Translations under genes and position numbers: made by a program | Source: Acidimicrobiia bacterium | Lineage (GTDB): Bacteria; Actinomycetota; Acidimicrobiia; Spongiisociales; ZC4RG35 | Direction of reading: 5' to 3' | Assembly: GCA_965204615.1 (NCBI GenBank) | Contig: OZ242000.1 | Location: forward strand, 1,281,803-1,345,802 | DNA: 64,000 nucleotides | Notes under the pieces: generated by a model | What the model was told of the DNA's origin: nothing | Databases searched by the model: none | Seen by the model: only the letters and a program-made list of their open reading frames with translations | In this document: positions 20,794 to 30,301 of the stretch, piece after piece | Layout of the letters: every line of letters begins with the position of its first letter | Numbering within the stretch: position 1 is the stretch's first letter

Positions 20794-21582
20794 TTAGGCT
20801 AGCAGGTCTCCTTTCGGGCGGTGTTTTCTGGCTTGTGCTTGGTAGCTTCGCAGGCGGTAGCTGTCGCCGGTGATGGTGAACACGACGCTTTTGTGGAGTA
20901 GGCGGTCGAGCATGGCAGCGGCGATGGTGTGGTCGGAGAAGATCTCTCCCCAGGACGCGACACCGAGGTTGGTGGTGAGAATGATTGATCCTTTTCCGTA
21001 CCGTCGGGAGATGACCTGGAAGAGTGTGGCGGCGTCTTCTGCCGGCATGGGCAGGTATCCGAGTTCGTCGATTATCAACACTTTGGGGGTGTTGAAGAAC
21101 CGCAGGGTTTGGGCCCATCTTCCTTGTAGGGCGGCTTTGCGGCACCGCGCCGCCAGGTCGGCGGCGGTGGTGTAGTACACCTTGTGTCCGGTGTCCACCG
21201 CGGCGCGTCCGAGGATGACCGCCAGCATGGTTTTACCCACGCCGGGCGGTCCGATGAACAAAACGTTGGTGGCGTCGGCCAGGTAGGCGCCGGTGGCCAG
21301 TTCTCTTATGAGTTTCTCGTTGATGCTGGGTTGGGCGGTGAAATCGAAGTCTTCCAGTTTCCAGCGGGTGGGGAAGTTCGCCAGTTTGAGACGGGTTTCC
21401 CATCTGCGCTGTTCAGTGGTTTCGACTTCTACTCGAAGTAGACCTTCCAGGAACTGGGTGTGTCCGGTGTTGTCCTGACGCGCCGTCTCGAGGTGGGTGG
21501 GGAGCGCCTCGGCCGCGGCGGGTAGGTCGAGGTAGGCCAGATGGCCTCGTAGTTGTTGGTACACCGATTGTTGGTTCATCAC
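20794..21582 (-). CDS. istB: IS21-family transposition helper ATPase IstB
   Basis: 262 aa; Walker A GPPGVGKT, DnaA-like AAA+ core. Confidence 0.9.
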   Translation of the reverse strand: MMNQQSVYQQLRGHLAYLDLPAAAEALPTHLETARQDNTGHTQFLEGLLRVEVETTEQRRWETRLKLANFPTRWKLEDFDFTAQPSINEKLIRELATGAYLADATNVLFIGPPGVGKTMLAVILGRAAVDTGHKVYYTTAADLAARCRKAALQGRWAQTLRFFNTPKVLIIDELGYLPMPAEDAATLFQVISRRYGKGSIILTTNLGVASWGEIFSDHTIAAAMLDRLLHKSVVFTITGDSYRLRSYQAQARKHRPKGDLLA

Positions 21583-22874
21583 AGCCCCCGGTTTTGTTGG
21601 TCGATGTGCCGCTGATAAACCTCCAGGTCTATCACCGTTTCTGTGTACAGATCAGCTCCGATACCCGAAGCGATAGCCAAAGCCGCTGCCGATGGCGGAC
21701 GGTTGGGTTTGGGTTTGCAGGGTGGTTTGGTAGTGAACTCGGCCAGGACCACGTTCTCCAAAGCAGCGGTGTGTTCGGGTAGCCGTACCACCCGTCCCAT
21801 ACCGCGGGGTGCCTGCTGGTGGGTAGCGACCAGCCGGCCACTGGCCGAGAACATGCTGATAGTGGGGTCACCCAGCCGCCAACGGACGGTGACCTGGGTT
21901 CCTATCACCCCTGGTGGCACCGAGTATCGGTTACCGCGTACCGATACCAGCCCGTTGGAAGCCACCCTGCGCTCCAGGACCCCTTCCGCCGGGTAAGCCA
22001 CCAGGGGCAGCTCGAGGAGAGGCTCGGTCTCGGCCAGTTCCCCCACGGTGCTCTCGCCTCGTGGACGGGCGTCGCCCACCGTTTGGCAGAAGCTGTCCAG
22101 GCTGTGCTGTGCCTGGGCGATGCTGGTCACCGCCGCGGTGCGCCACCACCGCTGAGAGACATAGTGAATGGCCTTTTCCACCACGCCTTTCCGTTGAGGA
22201 CGGCGCGGTGGGCACGGATCGACAACCACCCCGTAATGCTTGGCTACCCCAACGAACGACGGCTGGATACGACCGCCGGCGGCGACCACGGTCGCCATCC
22301 GATCCACCCGCCACCGCCGCGGGGTGCCCCCCAGGCGTCTCAACACCTGGTCGAGACCCTCCACCAAATGGGGTTGGTCCTGGCGGGACGTGATCCACGC
22401 CCGAAAAGCGCCCGAGTGCGACAACACACCCACCAACACATGAGCCGTGGCTCCCCACGGGGCATCACGCAGCTCCACCCAATCCCATTGACACTCCTCA
22501 CCCGGCGGATGATCGATGATCGCAGTGGCACGGCCCCTGGTGCCCGCACAAGCGCCACACAACGGCCGCAGGCCCCGGTTGCGGATCTTCCGCACGAACG
22601 TCGGGTAACTCTGCGAATAGCCCAAAGCCACCACCTCGTCGAACAGCGCCGACCCCCACACATGCGGATCATCAGACAACCGCTGCCGCACATACGCCTC
22701 GAACTCATCAAACAAATCCGCCCCCGCCCGGGCACGCTGACCGGGCACCCGATCGCCCGACAGATACGCTCGCACGGTACGGCGGCTCTTACCAACATGA
22801 CGGGCAATAGCCGAGATCGACCACCCCCGCCTCCTCAAAGCATGAACTTCCACGCACTCCTCCAGTACCAACAT
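21579..22874 (-). CDS. istA: IS21-family transposase IstA
   Basis: 431 aa; N-terminal HTH (GWSISAIARHVGKSRRTVRAYL), DDE integrase core. Confidence 0.9.
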   Translation of the reverse strand: MLVLEECVEVHALRRRGWSISAIARHVGKSRRTVRAYLSGDRVPGQRARAGADLFDEFEAYVRQRLSDDPHVWGSALFDEVVALGYSQSYPTFVRKIRNRGLRPLCGACAGTRGRATAIIDHPPGEECQWDWVELRDAPWGATAHVLVGVLSHSGAFRAWITSRQDQPHLVEGLDQVLRRLGGTPRRWRVDRMATVVAAGGRIQPSFVGVAKHYGVVVDPCPPRRPQRKGVVEKAIHYVSQRWWRTAAVTSIAQAQHSLDSFCQTVGDARPRGESTVGELAETEPLLELPLVAYPAEGVLERRVASNGLVSVRGNRYSVPPGVIGTQVTVRWRLGDPTISMFSASGRLVATHQQAPRGMGRVVRLPEHTAALENVVLAEFTTKPPCKPKPNRPPSAAALAIASGIGADLYTETVIDLEVYQRHIDQQNRGL

Positions 22875-23999
22875 AAGGGGCAGGGCTCCTCTCCACAGCT
22901 AGGAAATGTGACAATCCCTTAGCTTGGAGAGAGCCCTACCCAACAACGGGCATTTACCCCCAGGAGGTGGGAACTTTCAGTGATCGAGACTGGGAACTTT
23001 CAGTGATCGCCAACAGCGTGAAGAGGTTCTGCGCATCGGTGTACGTCACTGCAGAGGCTCCAAGCGGCAGGTACTCGGACCAACGGGCCAGCGAGACAAA
23101 GGTGTCCACATAGGGCTGGTCCGTGAACTTGGCAGAGCCGTCAATCAGGGCCGTTCGACCTGCTTCACCATCCCAATAGTTGGGGCCAATGTTCTGGAAC
23201 CCCATGGTGGCGGCTTCCCACAAATCGGCGGTTCCCATACCGAGCGGTACGTAGGAGCCTTCCGCGGCTATCGCTTCCAAGACTTCGAAGAACTCATCTT
23301 CCGTCTGAGGTACCGCAAGACCAAGCTCGTCGAACGCTTCGACATTGTAGATAAAGCCGTGTATGACCGAGGCCATAGGTACACAGAAAGGTGTTGAGCC
23401 ATCATCAGTGATCCAGGCGCTTTGAGCCACTGAGCTGAAGGTCTCGATACCGGGTAGATCATTCAGCGGGGCCAAGTGGCCCTGGTCGAAGAGTCCCAGT
23501 GAGGCATCAAAGGGACGACATGTTATCAGGTCACCGGCAGTGCCTCCCTCCAGCCGACTGGCCAGAGCGGCGTTGTATTCAGTTGGAGGAGAGGGATTGA
23601 ATTCCACGTCGATATTGGGGAACTCCGCTTCGAATGCCGGGATGATCTGGTCATTCCAAATAGCCAAGTCATCATTTCTCCAGCTTTCGATGGTGATGGT
23701 CACCGGCTCATCCGCCGCGGGAGCGGCAGTCGTGGCCGGAGCAGCGGTCGTGGCCGGAGCAGCGGTCGTGGCGGGAGCGGCGGTCGTGGCCGGAGCAGCT
23801 TCTTCTCCGCTGTCTCCACATGCTGCAGCCAACAGCATTATTCCTATCAAAACAGCAATCCGCCTGCCAATTTTCAGCATATGCTCTTCTCCTTTTACTC
23901 TTGACCCCAAGGGGGTCGCTTACATGTGCGAAGCTGGAACTGCTGCGTCAAAGCCAATGCACACACCAAGTTCCCAACTTCTCCGCGGGAGTGGCCACA

Positions 24000-25133
24000 T
24001 TAGGCGACCCCCAACTCCTCGCTGATCACCACACCGGCTGCACCGAGCAATACGATCTCGTCGCCCAGGCTCGTCCACCGGACCTCCACCAACTCAGCAA
24101 TTTGGTCGAGACAACGGCTGCGGAGGCTCTCCGCAGCCATCTCGCAAAATGAGTCTCCCAACTGTTCCTTAGGCCCCGCCACCAATATCAAGTGCAAATC
24201 AAGCACCGAGGCGATGGCGGCCATCACCGCTCCGAACCGCTGTGCGGCTGTTTGCAGCACCTCCTTGCGACCAGTCCCTCCCTTTACTTGTCTCCGGATA
24301 TTCGGTATGGACACAAAGGTCTCCAGGCATCCTCGGTGACCGCAACCACAGATGTGACCTGTTTCGTCCACAACCAGATGACCTATCTCCCCTGCTGAGG
24401 CGCTGTCCCCTGTCAGCAGCCGATGGTCTACGATCAACCCGGCGCCGACCCCCGAACCAATCCTTACCACTACCAGGCTGTCACGGTCATGGTTGCCTCG
24501 GGTGTACTCCGCGATGGCGGCGGCCTGGGCATCGTTACTTACGTAGGTGGGGTGACCCACGGCCTCTTCTATGGCATCCGCCAGTGCCACATCGCGCCAT
24601 TCGAAGTTCGAAGCCTCCACTATCTCACGCCCGTGGACGACCAACCCCGGAGTGCCCACACCTATCCCCAGTATCGGTGCAGTGGTACTGTCGACAGCCT
24701 GTGTGACAATGTCCTTCACCATTGTGATGGCCCGATCACCGATGCAGTGACCCGTCTCGATCACAACCTCCTGAACGATCTCTGCCGCAAGATTCACAAC
24801 CGCGGCTCGCATGGTTGCCGGTTCGCTCAAGTCGACAGCAACAACATTTCGGGCATCTGAGCGGATCCGCAACATAGTTGGTGGTTTTCCGACCCTGTTG
24901 TTTATACGGCGGGGACCAACTTCCTCGACCAAACCCATGTCCACAAGTTGGGCCACGAGCCCGGAAACCGTCGCAGGCGTCAGACCGGAAAGGCGCGCCA
25001 CTTCGGCACAACTCATCTGGTCTCCCGAAAAGAAGTGCTGGAGAACCAGCCGTAGGTTGTTCGAACGGGTGTCACCCTTTCCCGCCTTGGTGGAGACCCT
25101 CAAAGGCAAATCGCTCCTCTGCCGTACTCTCAT
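24000..25133 (-). CDS. ROK-family transcriptional regulator (NagC/Mlc-type) with N-terminal winged HTH
   Basis: 377 aa; HTH (MSCAEVARLSGLTPATVSGLVAQLVDMGLV) plus ROK sugar-binding domain with CGCGHRGCLE zinc motif; immediately upstream of the nag-type transporter genes. Confidence 0.8.
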   Translation of the reverse strand: MRVRQRSDLPLRVSTKAGKGDTRSNNLRLVLQHFFSGDQMSCAEVARLSGLTPATVSGLVAQLVDMGLVEEVGPRRINNRVGKPPTMLRIRSDARNVVAVDLSEPATMRAAVVNLAAEIVQEVVIETGHCIGDRAITMVKDIVTQAVDSTTAPILGIGVGTPGLVVHGREIVEASNFEWRDVALADAIEEAVGHPTYVSNDAQAAAIAEYTRGNHDRDSLVVVRIGSGVGAGLIVDHRLLTGDSASAGEIGHLVVDETGHICGCGHRGCLETFVSIPNIRRQVKGGTGRKEVLQTAAQRFGAVMAAIASVLDLHLILVAGPKEQLGDSFCEMAAESLRSRCLDQIAELVEVRWTSLGDEIVLLGAAGVVISEELGVA

Positions 25134-25392
25134 TGGGATTAATATGTTAACTAGCTAAACTTATTGTGTCAAATGCTTCCCGGGGTCCAAATGCTTCCCG
25201 GGTCTCTGGCAAGAAGGGCCAACCTGCTGAAATTTGCTCTTGATGCACATTCCGGTCCAGACAATTCCACTAAGCATGCATCTTGTGTCGAGCATCCGTA
25301 GCTTGGGCCCACCGATCTACCCAGCCCCATTGGTACTCTTTCGTTGAAGAAACCCCGGTCAGATTTCCTGGCTGCGCCGATCGAGGGAACCC
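25134..25392. promoter_or_regulatory. divergent intergenic control region (ROK regulator <-> SDR operon) with AT-rich segment and 15-bp direct repeat
   Basis: AT-rich GGATTAATATGTTAACTAGCTAAACTTATTG at 25134-25168; CAAATGCTTCCCGGG repeated at 25170-25184 and 25188-25202. Confidence 0.3.
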
Positions 25393-26187
25393 ATGCCGCT
25401 GGACTTTCCTGACATCTCTAAGAACCTGTTCGACCTGAGTGGCTATTGCAGCGTGGTGACCGGATCCGGCCAGGGCATCGGCTTGTCCCTCTCGAAGGGC
25501 CTGGCGCATGCGGGAAGCGACCTGGTGCTGGTGGACATGAACGCCGAGACGCTGGAGAGCGCCGCGCAGGAAATCGGCGAGCTAGGCCGCGGGGTTTCGA
25601 CCGTGCATGCGGATGTGACCGCTGAAGACACGCCGGAGCGAATCGTCCGGGCCGCGTTGGCCCTGGGTGGGCGGATCGACGTGCTGGTGAACAACGCCGG
25701 GATCATGGGGTACTCGGACATGCTGGACGTCACCGACGAGCAGTGGGACCGCATGTACGGGATCAACCTGCGCGCACCCATGCGGATCATGCGGGCAGTG
25801 CTCCAGGAGATGAGCCGGGCGGGCCGGGGAAGCGTGATCAACATCGGTAGTTCCTGGTCGTCCCGGGCGTCGATCTTCAACCAGGACGGGGGCGGGGTGG
25901 ACTACTGCTCGGCCAAGGCGGCGTTGCAGGCTCTCAGCCGGGCGGCCGCACATGATGTGGCGCCCTACGGTGTGCGGGTGAACGCCATCGCCCCGGGAGC
26001 GGTGGACACGCCCATGCACGCCCACCATCGCGAGTACCTCTTCTCCTATGAGAAGTACATCCCGATCGGGCGGATGCAGGTGGCAGACGACCTGGTGGGG
26101 CCGGTGATCTTCCTGGCCTCGGACGCAGGCGCCTATGTGACGGGCCAGACCATCCATGTCAACGGCGGGATCCTGATGGTCGACTGA
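25393..26187 (+). CDS. SDR-family oxidoreductase
   Basis: TGSGQGIGLS cofactor motif, NNAG, YCSAKAAL catalytic Y-x3-K; GAGGGAA RBS. Confidence 0.85.
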   Translation: MPLDFPDISKNLFDLSGYCSVVTGSGQGIGLSLSKGLAHAGSDLVLVDMNAETLESAAQEIGELGRGVSTVHADVTAEDTPERIVRAALALGGRIDVLVNNAGIMGYSDMLDVTDEQWDRMYGINLRAPMRIMRAVLQEMSRAGRGSVINIGSSWSSRASIFNQDGGGVDYCSAKAALQALSRAAAHDVAPYGVRVNAIAPGAVDTPMHAHHREYLFSYEKYIPIGRMQVADDLVGPVIFLASDAGAYVTGQTIHVNGGILMVD

Positions 26188-26229
26188 TAATCTCTGCGGT
26201 TGGTACCCGTTGCCGACCAGGAGGTTCGA

Positions 26230-27060
26230 ATGTTCACCCGCGACCAGGTGTGGGAGAGGCTGAGGAAGACTCTTTCCGGGGGGAGGCCCGTCATAGGAGC
26301 GGGTGCGGGGACCGGGATCTCGGCCAAGTTCGCCGAGCGGGGCGGCGCCGATCTGATCCTCATCTACAACTCGGGCCGCTACCGGATGGGCGGTCATGGG
26401 TCGAATGCGGGACTGCTGCCGATCGGGGACGCCAACGCCATCGTGATGGAGATGGGAGAGCGGGAGGTGTTGCCGGTGGTGGAGAACACGCCGGTGATCG
26501 CCGGGGTGAACGGGACCGACCCCACCCGGGTGATGGACCACTTCCTGGGACGGGTTGAGGCCATGGGGTTTTCGGGGGTCATCAACTTCCCCTCGGTGGG
26601 GTACATCGACGGGCGGTGGCGCCAGAGCCTGGAGGCGACCGGGTTCGGCTACTACCGGGAGGCGGAGATGATCCGAAAGGCCTCGGAGCGGGGACTGTTC
26701 ACCCTTGCCTACTGCTATGACCCGAAGGAGGCGCCGATGATGGCCGAGGCGGGAGTGGACGTGATGGTCGCCCACCTGGGCCTGACCACCGGCGGCAGCA
26801 TCGGAGCGGACGATTCCTTCACCACCTCGCTCGACGCCTGCGTGGAACAGGCCATCGAGACCCGGGAGTTGTCGGAGGCGGTGAACCCCGACATCCTGGT
26901 GGTCCTGCACGGCGGTCCCCTGGAGGGTCCCGGGGAGGTCGATGAGGTGATGCGAGCCTCCGGATGCCCGGGTTTCATCGGCGCCAGCACCATGGAGCGC
27001 CTGCCCACCGAGGTGGCCATCGAGAACACCGTGCGGGGCTTCAAGGACCTGTCTGTCTAG
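26230..27060 (+). CDS. Tm-1-like C-terminal-domain homologue (TIM-barrel, phosphoenolpyruvate-hydrolase-like family protein)
   Basis: ATG 26230 with AGGAGG RBS; characteristic GAGAGTGISAKFAERGGADLILIYNSGRYRMGG and HLGLTTGG segments of this family. Confidence 0.7.
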   Translation: MFTRDQVWERLRKTLSGGRPVIGAGAGTGISAKFAERGGADLILIYNSGRYRMGGHGSNAGLLPIGDANAIVMEMGEREVLPVVENTPVIAGVNGTDPTRVMDHFLGRVEAMGFSGVINFPSVGYIDGRWRQSLEATGFGYYREAEMIRKASERGLFTLAYCYDPKEAPMMAEAGVDVMVAHLGLTTGGSIGADDSFTTSLDACVEQAIETRELSEAVNPDILVVLHGGPLEGPGEVDEVMRASGCPGFIGASTMERLPTEVAIENTVRGFKDLSV

Positions 27061-27111
27061 AAGAGTGTCCTCCATCCACCGGCGGCTGGCGGATCCCGGA
27101 CCCGGTCGGCG

Positions 27112-28320
27112 ATGAGCAGGGTGGTGGTGGCGGGCGCCTTCGACACGAAGGCCGAACCGCTGGGGCTGTTGGTGGAGATGCTCACCCGGATGGGTGCGCC
27201 TCCCATAACCATCGACACCGGGGTCTTCGGCGGCGATCACGGTTGTGACCACCCGGCCGAGGCGGTGGCCGAGGCCGGCGGGTATTTGCTGGCGGAACTG
27301 GCGTCGGCCGGCCGGGCACGGGCGGTCTCGGCCATGGCGCGGGGAGCTTCGGTCATACTCCGGGGACTGGTCGACGCCGGGCAGGTGGGGGCCCTGGTGT
27401 GTCTGGGAGGGTCCAACGCGGCGGTGCTCTTCACCCACCTGGCGCCGGTGGTGCCTCTGGGAGTCCCCAAGATCCTGATGGCCACGTCGGTGGCCGGGGA
27501 GACCCGGCCGCTGGTGGACGGCCGGGACGTGACCATGATCTATCCGATCGTGGACATCGAGGGAGACAGCACCATCCTCCGCTCGATGATCGGGCGCCTG
27601 GCGCGGGTGGCGGTGGCGTTGCTGGGCGCCGGACCGCTTGACCCGGAAGGCTCTGCCGCCTCGGTGGGCGTGACCATGTACGGGTTGACCAACCCCTGCG
27701 TCACCCACTGCCGGTCGCTGCTGTCTTCCGCAGGCCTCCAATCGCTGGTCTTCCACGCCAACGGGACGGGTGGACGTTCCTTCGAGTCCTTCATCTCGCA
27801 GGGTCTTGTGTCGTCGGTCCTGGACGTCACCATCTCCGAGATCACCGATGAGTTGTTCGGAGGCCTGTGGCCGGCCGGGCCGGAGCGGCTGCGGACGGCT
27901 TCGCGGGTGGGAGTCCCCCAGGTGGTGGCGCCCGGGGCGATCGACATGATATGCGTGGGTCCCAGGGACAGCCTGCCCAGAGAGTTCGGAGACCGCACCG
28001 TGGAGGTCCACAACGAGTTGGTGACCCTGGTGCGGACCACAGCCGATGAGAACTACCGGATGGGCCGGGTGGTGGCCGAGCGCCTGGGCGTCCCCCGGGC
28101 AAGGGCGTCGGTGCTGGTGCCCCTGAAGGGCTTTTCCGGCCTGGACGTCGAAGGTGGTCCGTTCCACGACCCCGAGGCGGTGGATGCCTTCCTGGAGGGG
28201 ATCCGATCCTGTGTGGCGCGGTCGGTGTCGGTGGTGGAGGTGGACCACCACATCAACGACCGCGGGTTTGCCGAGGCGCTGGTGGAGACGCTCAGTTCGG
28301 CGATCGGCGTCCGTAGGTAG
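27112..28320 (+). CDS. UPF0261-family protein (Tm-1 N-terminal-domain homologue)
   Basis: 402 aa; pattern VVVAGAFDTKAEPLGLL… typical of UPF0261; immediately follows the TIM-barrel partner. Confidence 0.7.
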   Translation: MSRVVVAGAFDTKAEPLGLLVEMLTRMGAPPITIDTGVFGGDHGCDHPAEAVAEAGGYLLAELASAGRARAVSAMARGASVILRGLVDAGQVGALVCLGGSNAAVLFTHLAPVVPLGVPKILMATSVAGETRPLVDGRDVTMIYPIVDIEGDSTILRSMIGRLARVAVALLGAGPLDPEGSAASVGVTMYGLTNPCVTHCRSLLSSAGLQSLVFHANGTGGRSFESFISQGLVSSVLDVTISEITDELFGGLWPAGPERLRTASRVGVPQVVAPGAIDMICVGPRDSLPREFGDRTVEVHNELVTLVRTTADENYRMGRVVAERLGVPRARASVLVPLKGFSGLDVEGGPFHDPEAVDAFLEGIRSCVARSVSVVEVDHHINDRGFAEALVETLSSAIGVRR

Positions 28321-28330
28321 GAGACGGAAC

Positions 28331-30301
28331 ATGGCCTTCGAGAACCTGTTGCGGCCGGGCTACATCAACGGTATGTACATGCGGAACCGCCTGATCGTGG
28401 GGCCCATGGAGAAGTCCCTCGCCAACCCGGACGGCAGTCTCAACCAGAGATACATCGCCTATGCTCGCCGCCGGGCCATGGGTGGTGCGGCGCTCATCCA
28501 ACTGGAGTCCACCTACGTGTCTCCCGAGGGCCGGGGGAACCCCTACCAGGTGGGATGCCACGGAGACCATGTGATACCGGCCCTGGCGGAGATGGCCGAC
28601 GAGATCCACCGTCATGGCGCCAAGCTGGCCATGGAGCTGCATCACGGGGGACGGCAGGCGTCGGTCACCGCTCACCATCGGCGCCCGATCGCGCCGTCGG
28701 CGATCGGCTCGACGTTCATGGACCGTGGATCGGTCCCCCGGGAGATGACCGTGGCGGACATCGAGCGGGTGATCGGCGACTTCGGGCGGGCGGCCGAGCG
28801 GTGCCTTCGCGCCGGGGTGGACATGATCCACCTCCATGGCGCGCACGGGTATCTGCTGGGGCAATTCCTCTCTCCTCGCTCCAATCAGCGGACCGACCGG
28901 TACGGAGGGCCGCTCGAGAACCGGGCCCGGTTCGGGTTGGAGGTGCTGGCGGCGGTGCGGGAGGTGGTGGGCGAGGACTACCCGATCGGCTATCGCATCT
29001 CGGCGTCTGAGTACGTGGAGGGCGGGCTGGAGGTCGAGGAGTCGGCTGCCTTCTGTGCGATGCTGGCCGACGCCGGTATCGATCTGGTGGACGTGGCGGG
29101 TGGCACGTATGAGTCGATGTCGAGGATCTTCCAGGGACCGGAGGCGCCCAGGGGCGGGTTCGTTGCCGAGGCCGGGGTGATCCGCCGGGCGGTGGGAGAC
29201 CGGGTGCCGGTGAGCGTGGCGCAGCGGATGAACGATCCGGTGTTCGCCGACCGGGTCATGGAGCGGGAGGGATTCGAGTACGTCACCCTGGCTCGCGCCT
29301 TCCACGCCGACCCCGACTATGTGCTGCGGCTAACCGAGGACCGGGCCCGCGAGATTGTGCCGTGCATCAGTTGCAATAGCTGTGTCAACCTGACGGTGGC
29401 CCGGACGCCCGCCGGCTGTGCGGCCAATCCGGTCAGTGTTCACGAACTGTCGCGGGGCGCCGTCGAGAAGTCTGCGGCGCCGATGCGGGCGATGGTGATC
29501 GGCGGTGGGCCGGCGGGGATGCATGCCGCTCGCTTCCTGGGATTGGGGGGTCACGATGTGACGCTGCACGAGCGGGGCCGCCGCCTGGGAGGACAACTCC
29601 GCTACCTGCGCCGGGCCTTGCCGGAGTACGGGAGGCTGGTCGATTGGCTGGCGCTCGAGTTGGAGAAGGCGGGGGTGGCGGTGGAGTTGGGGCGAGAGAT
29701 CGGGTTTGGCGATATCCGGGAGGCGGACCCCGATGTGGTGGTGGTGGCCACCGGCGCGCATGGTGGGAGTCTCATGGCGGCCGAGTGTGAGCGGACCGTT
29801 CCGGTGTTCGACGTCTTCTCGGCATTGGAACGCCCTCCCGGGGAATGGGAGGAGACGGTGGCCGTGTTAGGCGGGGACCATGCGGCGTGCGTGGTGGCGC
29901 TGCACCTTCGCCGGTTGGGAGTGGAGGTCCACATCGTCGATGCCGGCGCCTCCGTGGCAACTGACGGGGAGTTCAACGGGTTGCTGGTGGAAATGGAACT
30001 GGACGCCGATCCGGGAGTGGTGGTCCATCGGGAGACCACCGCCGAGACGATCAGGGGCGACCGGGTGGTGATCGAGACACCGGGCAGGAGGGGCTCGCTG
30101 GAGGTTGGCGCGGTTGTCCTGGGAGGGCGGGCGTCCGACAACCGGCTGGCGGATGAACTGTTGGGTTCCGACCTCCGGGCGGCCGTCTATCCCATCGGCG
30201 ACGCGGTGCGTGTCGGAGATCTGTACAAGGCGGGCCAGGATGCAGCCGAGGTGGCCGAGAAGGTGAATCTGATGGCGCCGGCCGCGAAAGCCGGGGAGTG
30301 A
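28331..30301 (+). CDS. Old-Yellow-Enzyme-type NADH:flavin oxidoreductase fused to FAD/NAD(P)-binding domain with 4Fe-4S motif (2,4-dienoyl-CoA-reductase/TMADH-like)
   Basis: ATG 28331 (GGAGACGG RBS); OYE TIM-barrel motifs (HGAHGYLLGQFLSPRSNQRTDRYGG), CxxCxxC…C cluster (CISCNSCVN), Rossmann VIGGGPAGMHAA. Confidence 0.8.
   Translation: MAFENLLRPGYINGMYMRNRLIVGPMEKSLANPDGSLNQRYIAYARRRAMGGAALIQLESTYVSPEGRGNPYQVGCHGDHVIPALAEMADEIHRHGAKLAMELHHGGRQASVTAHHRRPIAPSAIGSTFMDRGSVPREMTVADIERVIGDFGRAAERCLRAGVDMIHLHGAHGYLLGQFLSPRSNQRTDRYGGPLENRARFGLEVLAAVREVVGEDYPIGYRISASEYVEGGLEVEESAAFCAMLADAGIDLVDVAGGTYESMSRIFQGPEAPRGGFVAEAGVIRRAVGDRVPVSVAQRMNDPVFADRVMEREGFEYVTLARAFHADPDYVLRLTEDRAREIVPCISCNSCVNLTVARTPAGCAANPVSVHELSRGAVEKSAAPMRAMVIGGGPAGMHAARFLGLGGHDVTLHERGRRLGGQLRYLRRALPEYGRLVDWLALELEKAGVAVELGREIGFGDIREADPDVVVVATGAHGGSLMAAECERTVPVFDVFSALERPPGEWEETVAVLGGDHAACVVALHLRRLGVEVHIVDAGASVATDGEFNGLLVEMELDADPGVVVHRETTAETIRGDRVVIETPGRRGSLEVGAVVLGGRASDNRLADELLGSDLRAAVYPIGDAVRVGDLYKAGQDAAEVAEKVNLMAPAAKAGE

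Larger units (their letters stand above)
20729..23014 (-). mobile_element. IS21-family insertion sequence (istA-istB), ~2.29 kb
   Basis: istA/istB pair with ATGA overlap; termini start TG… and carry two tandem copies each of the ~19-bp motif TGGGAACTTTCAGTGATCG (right end 22965-23008; inverted, slightly diverged copies at 20736-20775); flanked by AGCGT direct repeat at 20724-20728 and 23015-23019. Confidence 0.8.
20231..23880 (-). pseudogene. extracellular solute-binding protein family 1 (sugar ABC transporter lipoprotein) gene interrupted by IS21-family insertion; N-terminal fragment 23015-23880, C-terminal fragment 20231-20728
   Basis: N fragment: signal peptide, lipobox (LAAACG), PT-linker; reading frame runs into the IS (…AQNLFTL|LAITESS…*). 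C fragment continues TLGQAAIYPAGSWEIAGF… on the far side of the IS; AAAGGAG RBS before ATG 23880. Confidence 0.75.

Noticed and set aside
28154-28330. N-terminal 59-codon extension of the OYE-like reductase ORF
   Set aside because: Arg/Trp-rich and overlapping the upstream gene. The conserved OYE N-terminus and an RBS support ATG 28331.
25582-28332. 916-aa minus-strand ORF spanning the SDR/Tm-1-like genes, and similar long antisense ORFs (837-1961 +, 4645-6279 -, 6479-8002 -, 9997-11175 -, 11704-12903 -, 53014-54750 -, 61989-63488 +)
   Set aside because: They lie antisense to strongly supported genes, have Arg/Gly/Pro/His-dominated low-complexity translations typical of stop-free shadow frames in high-GC DNA, and have no recognisable motifs.
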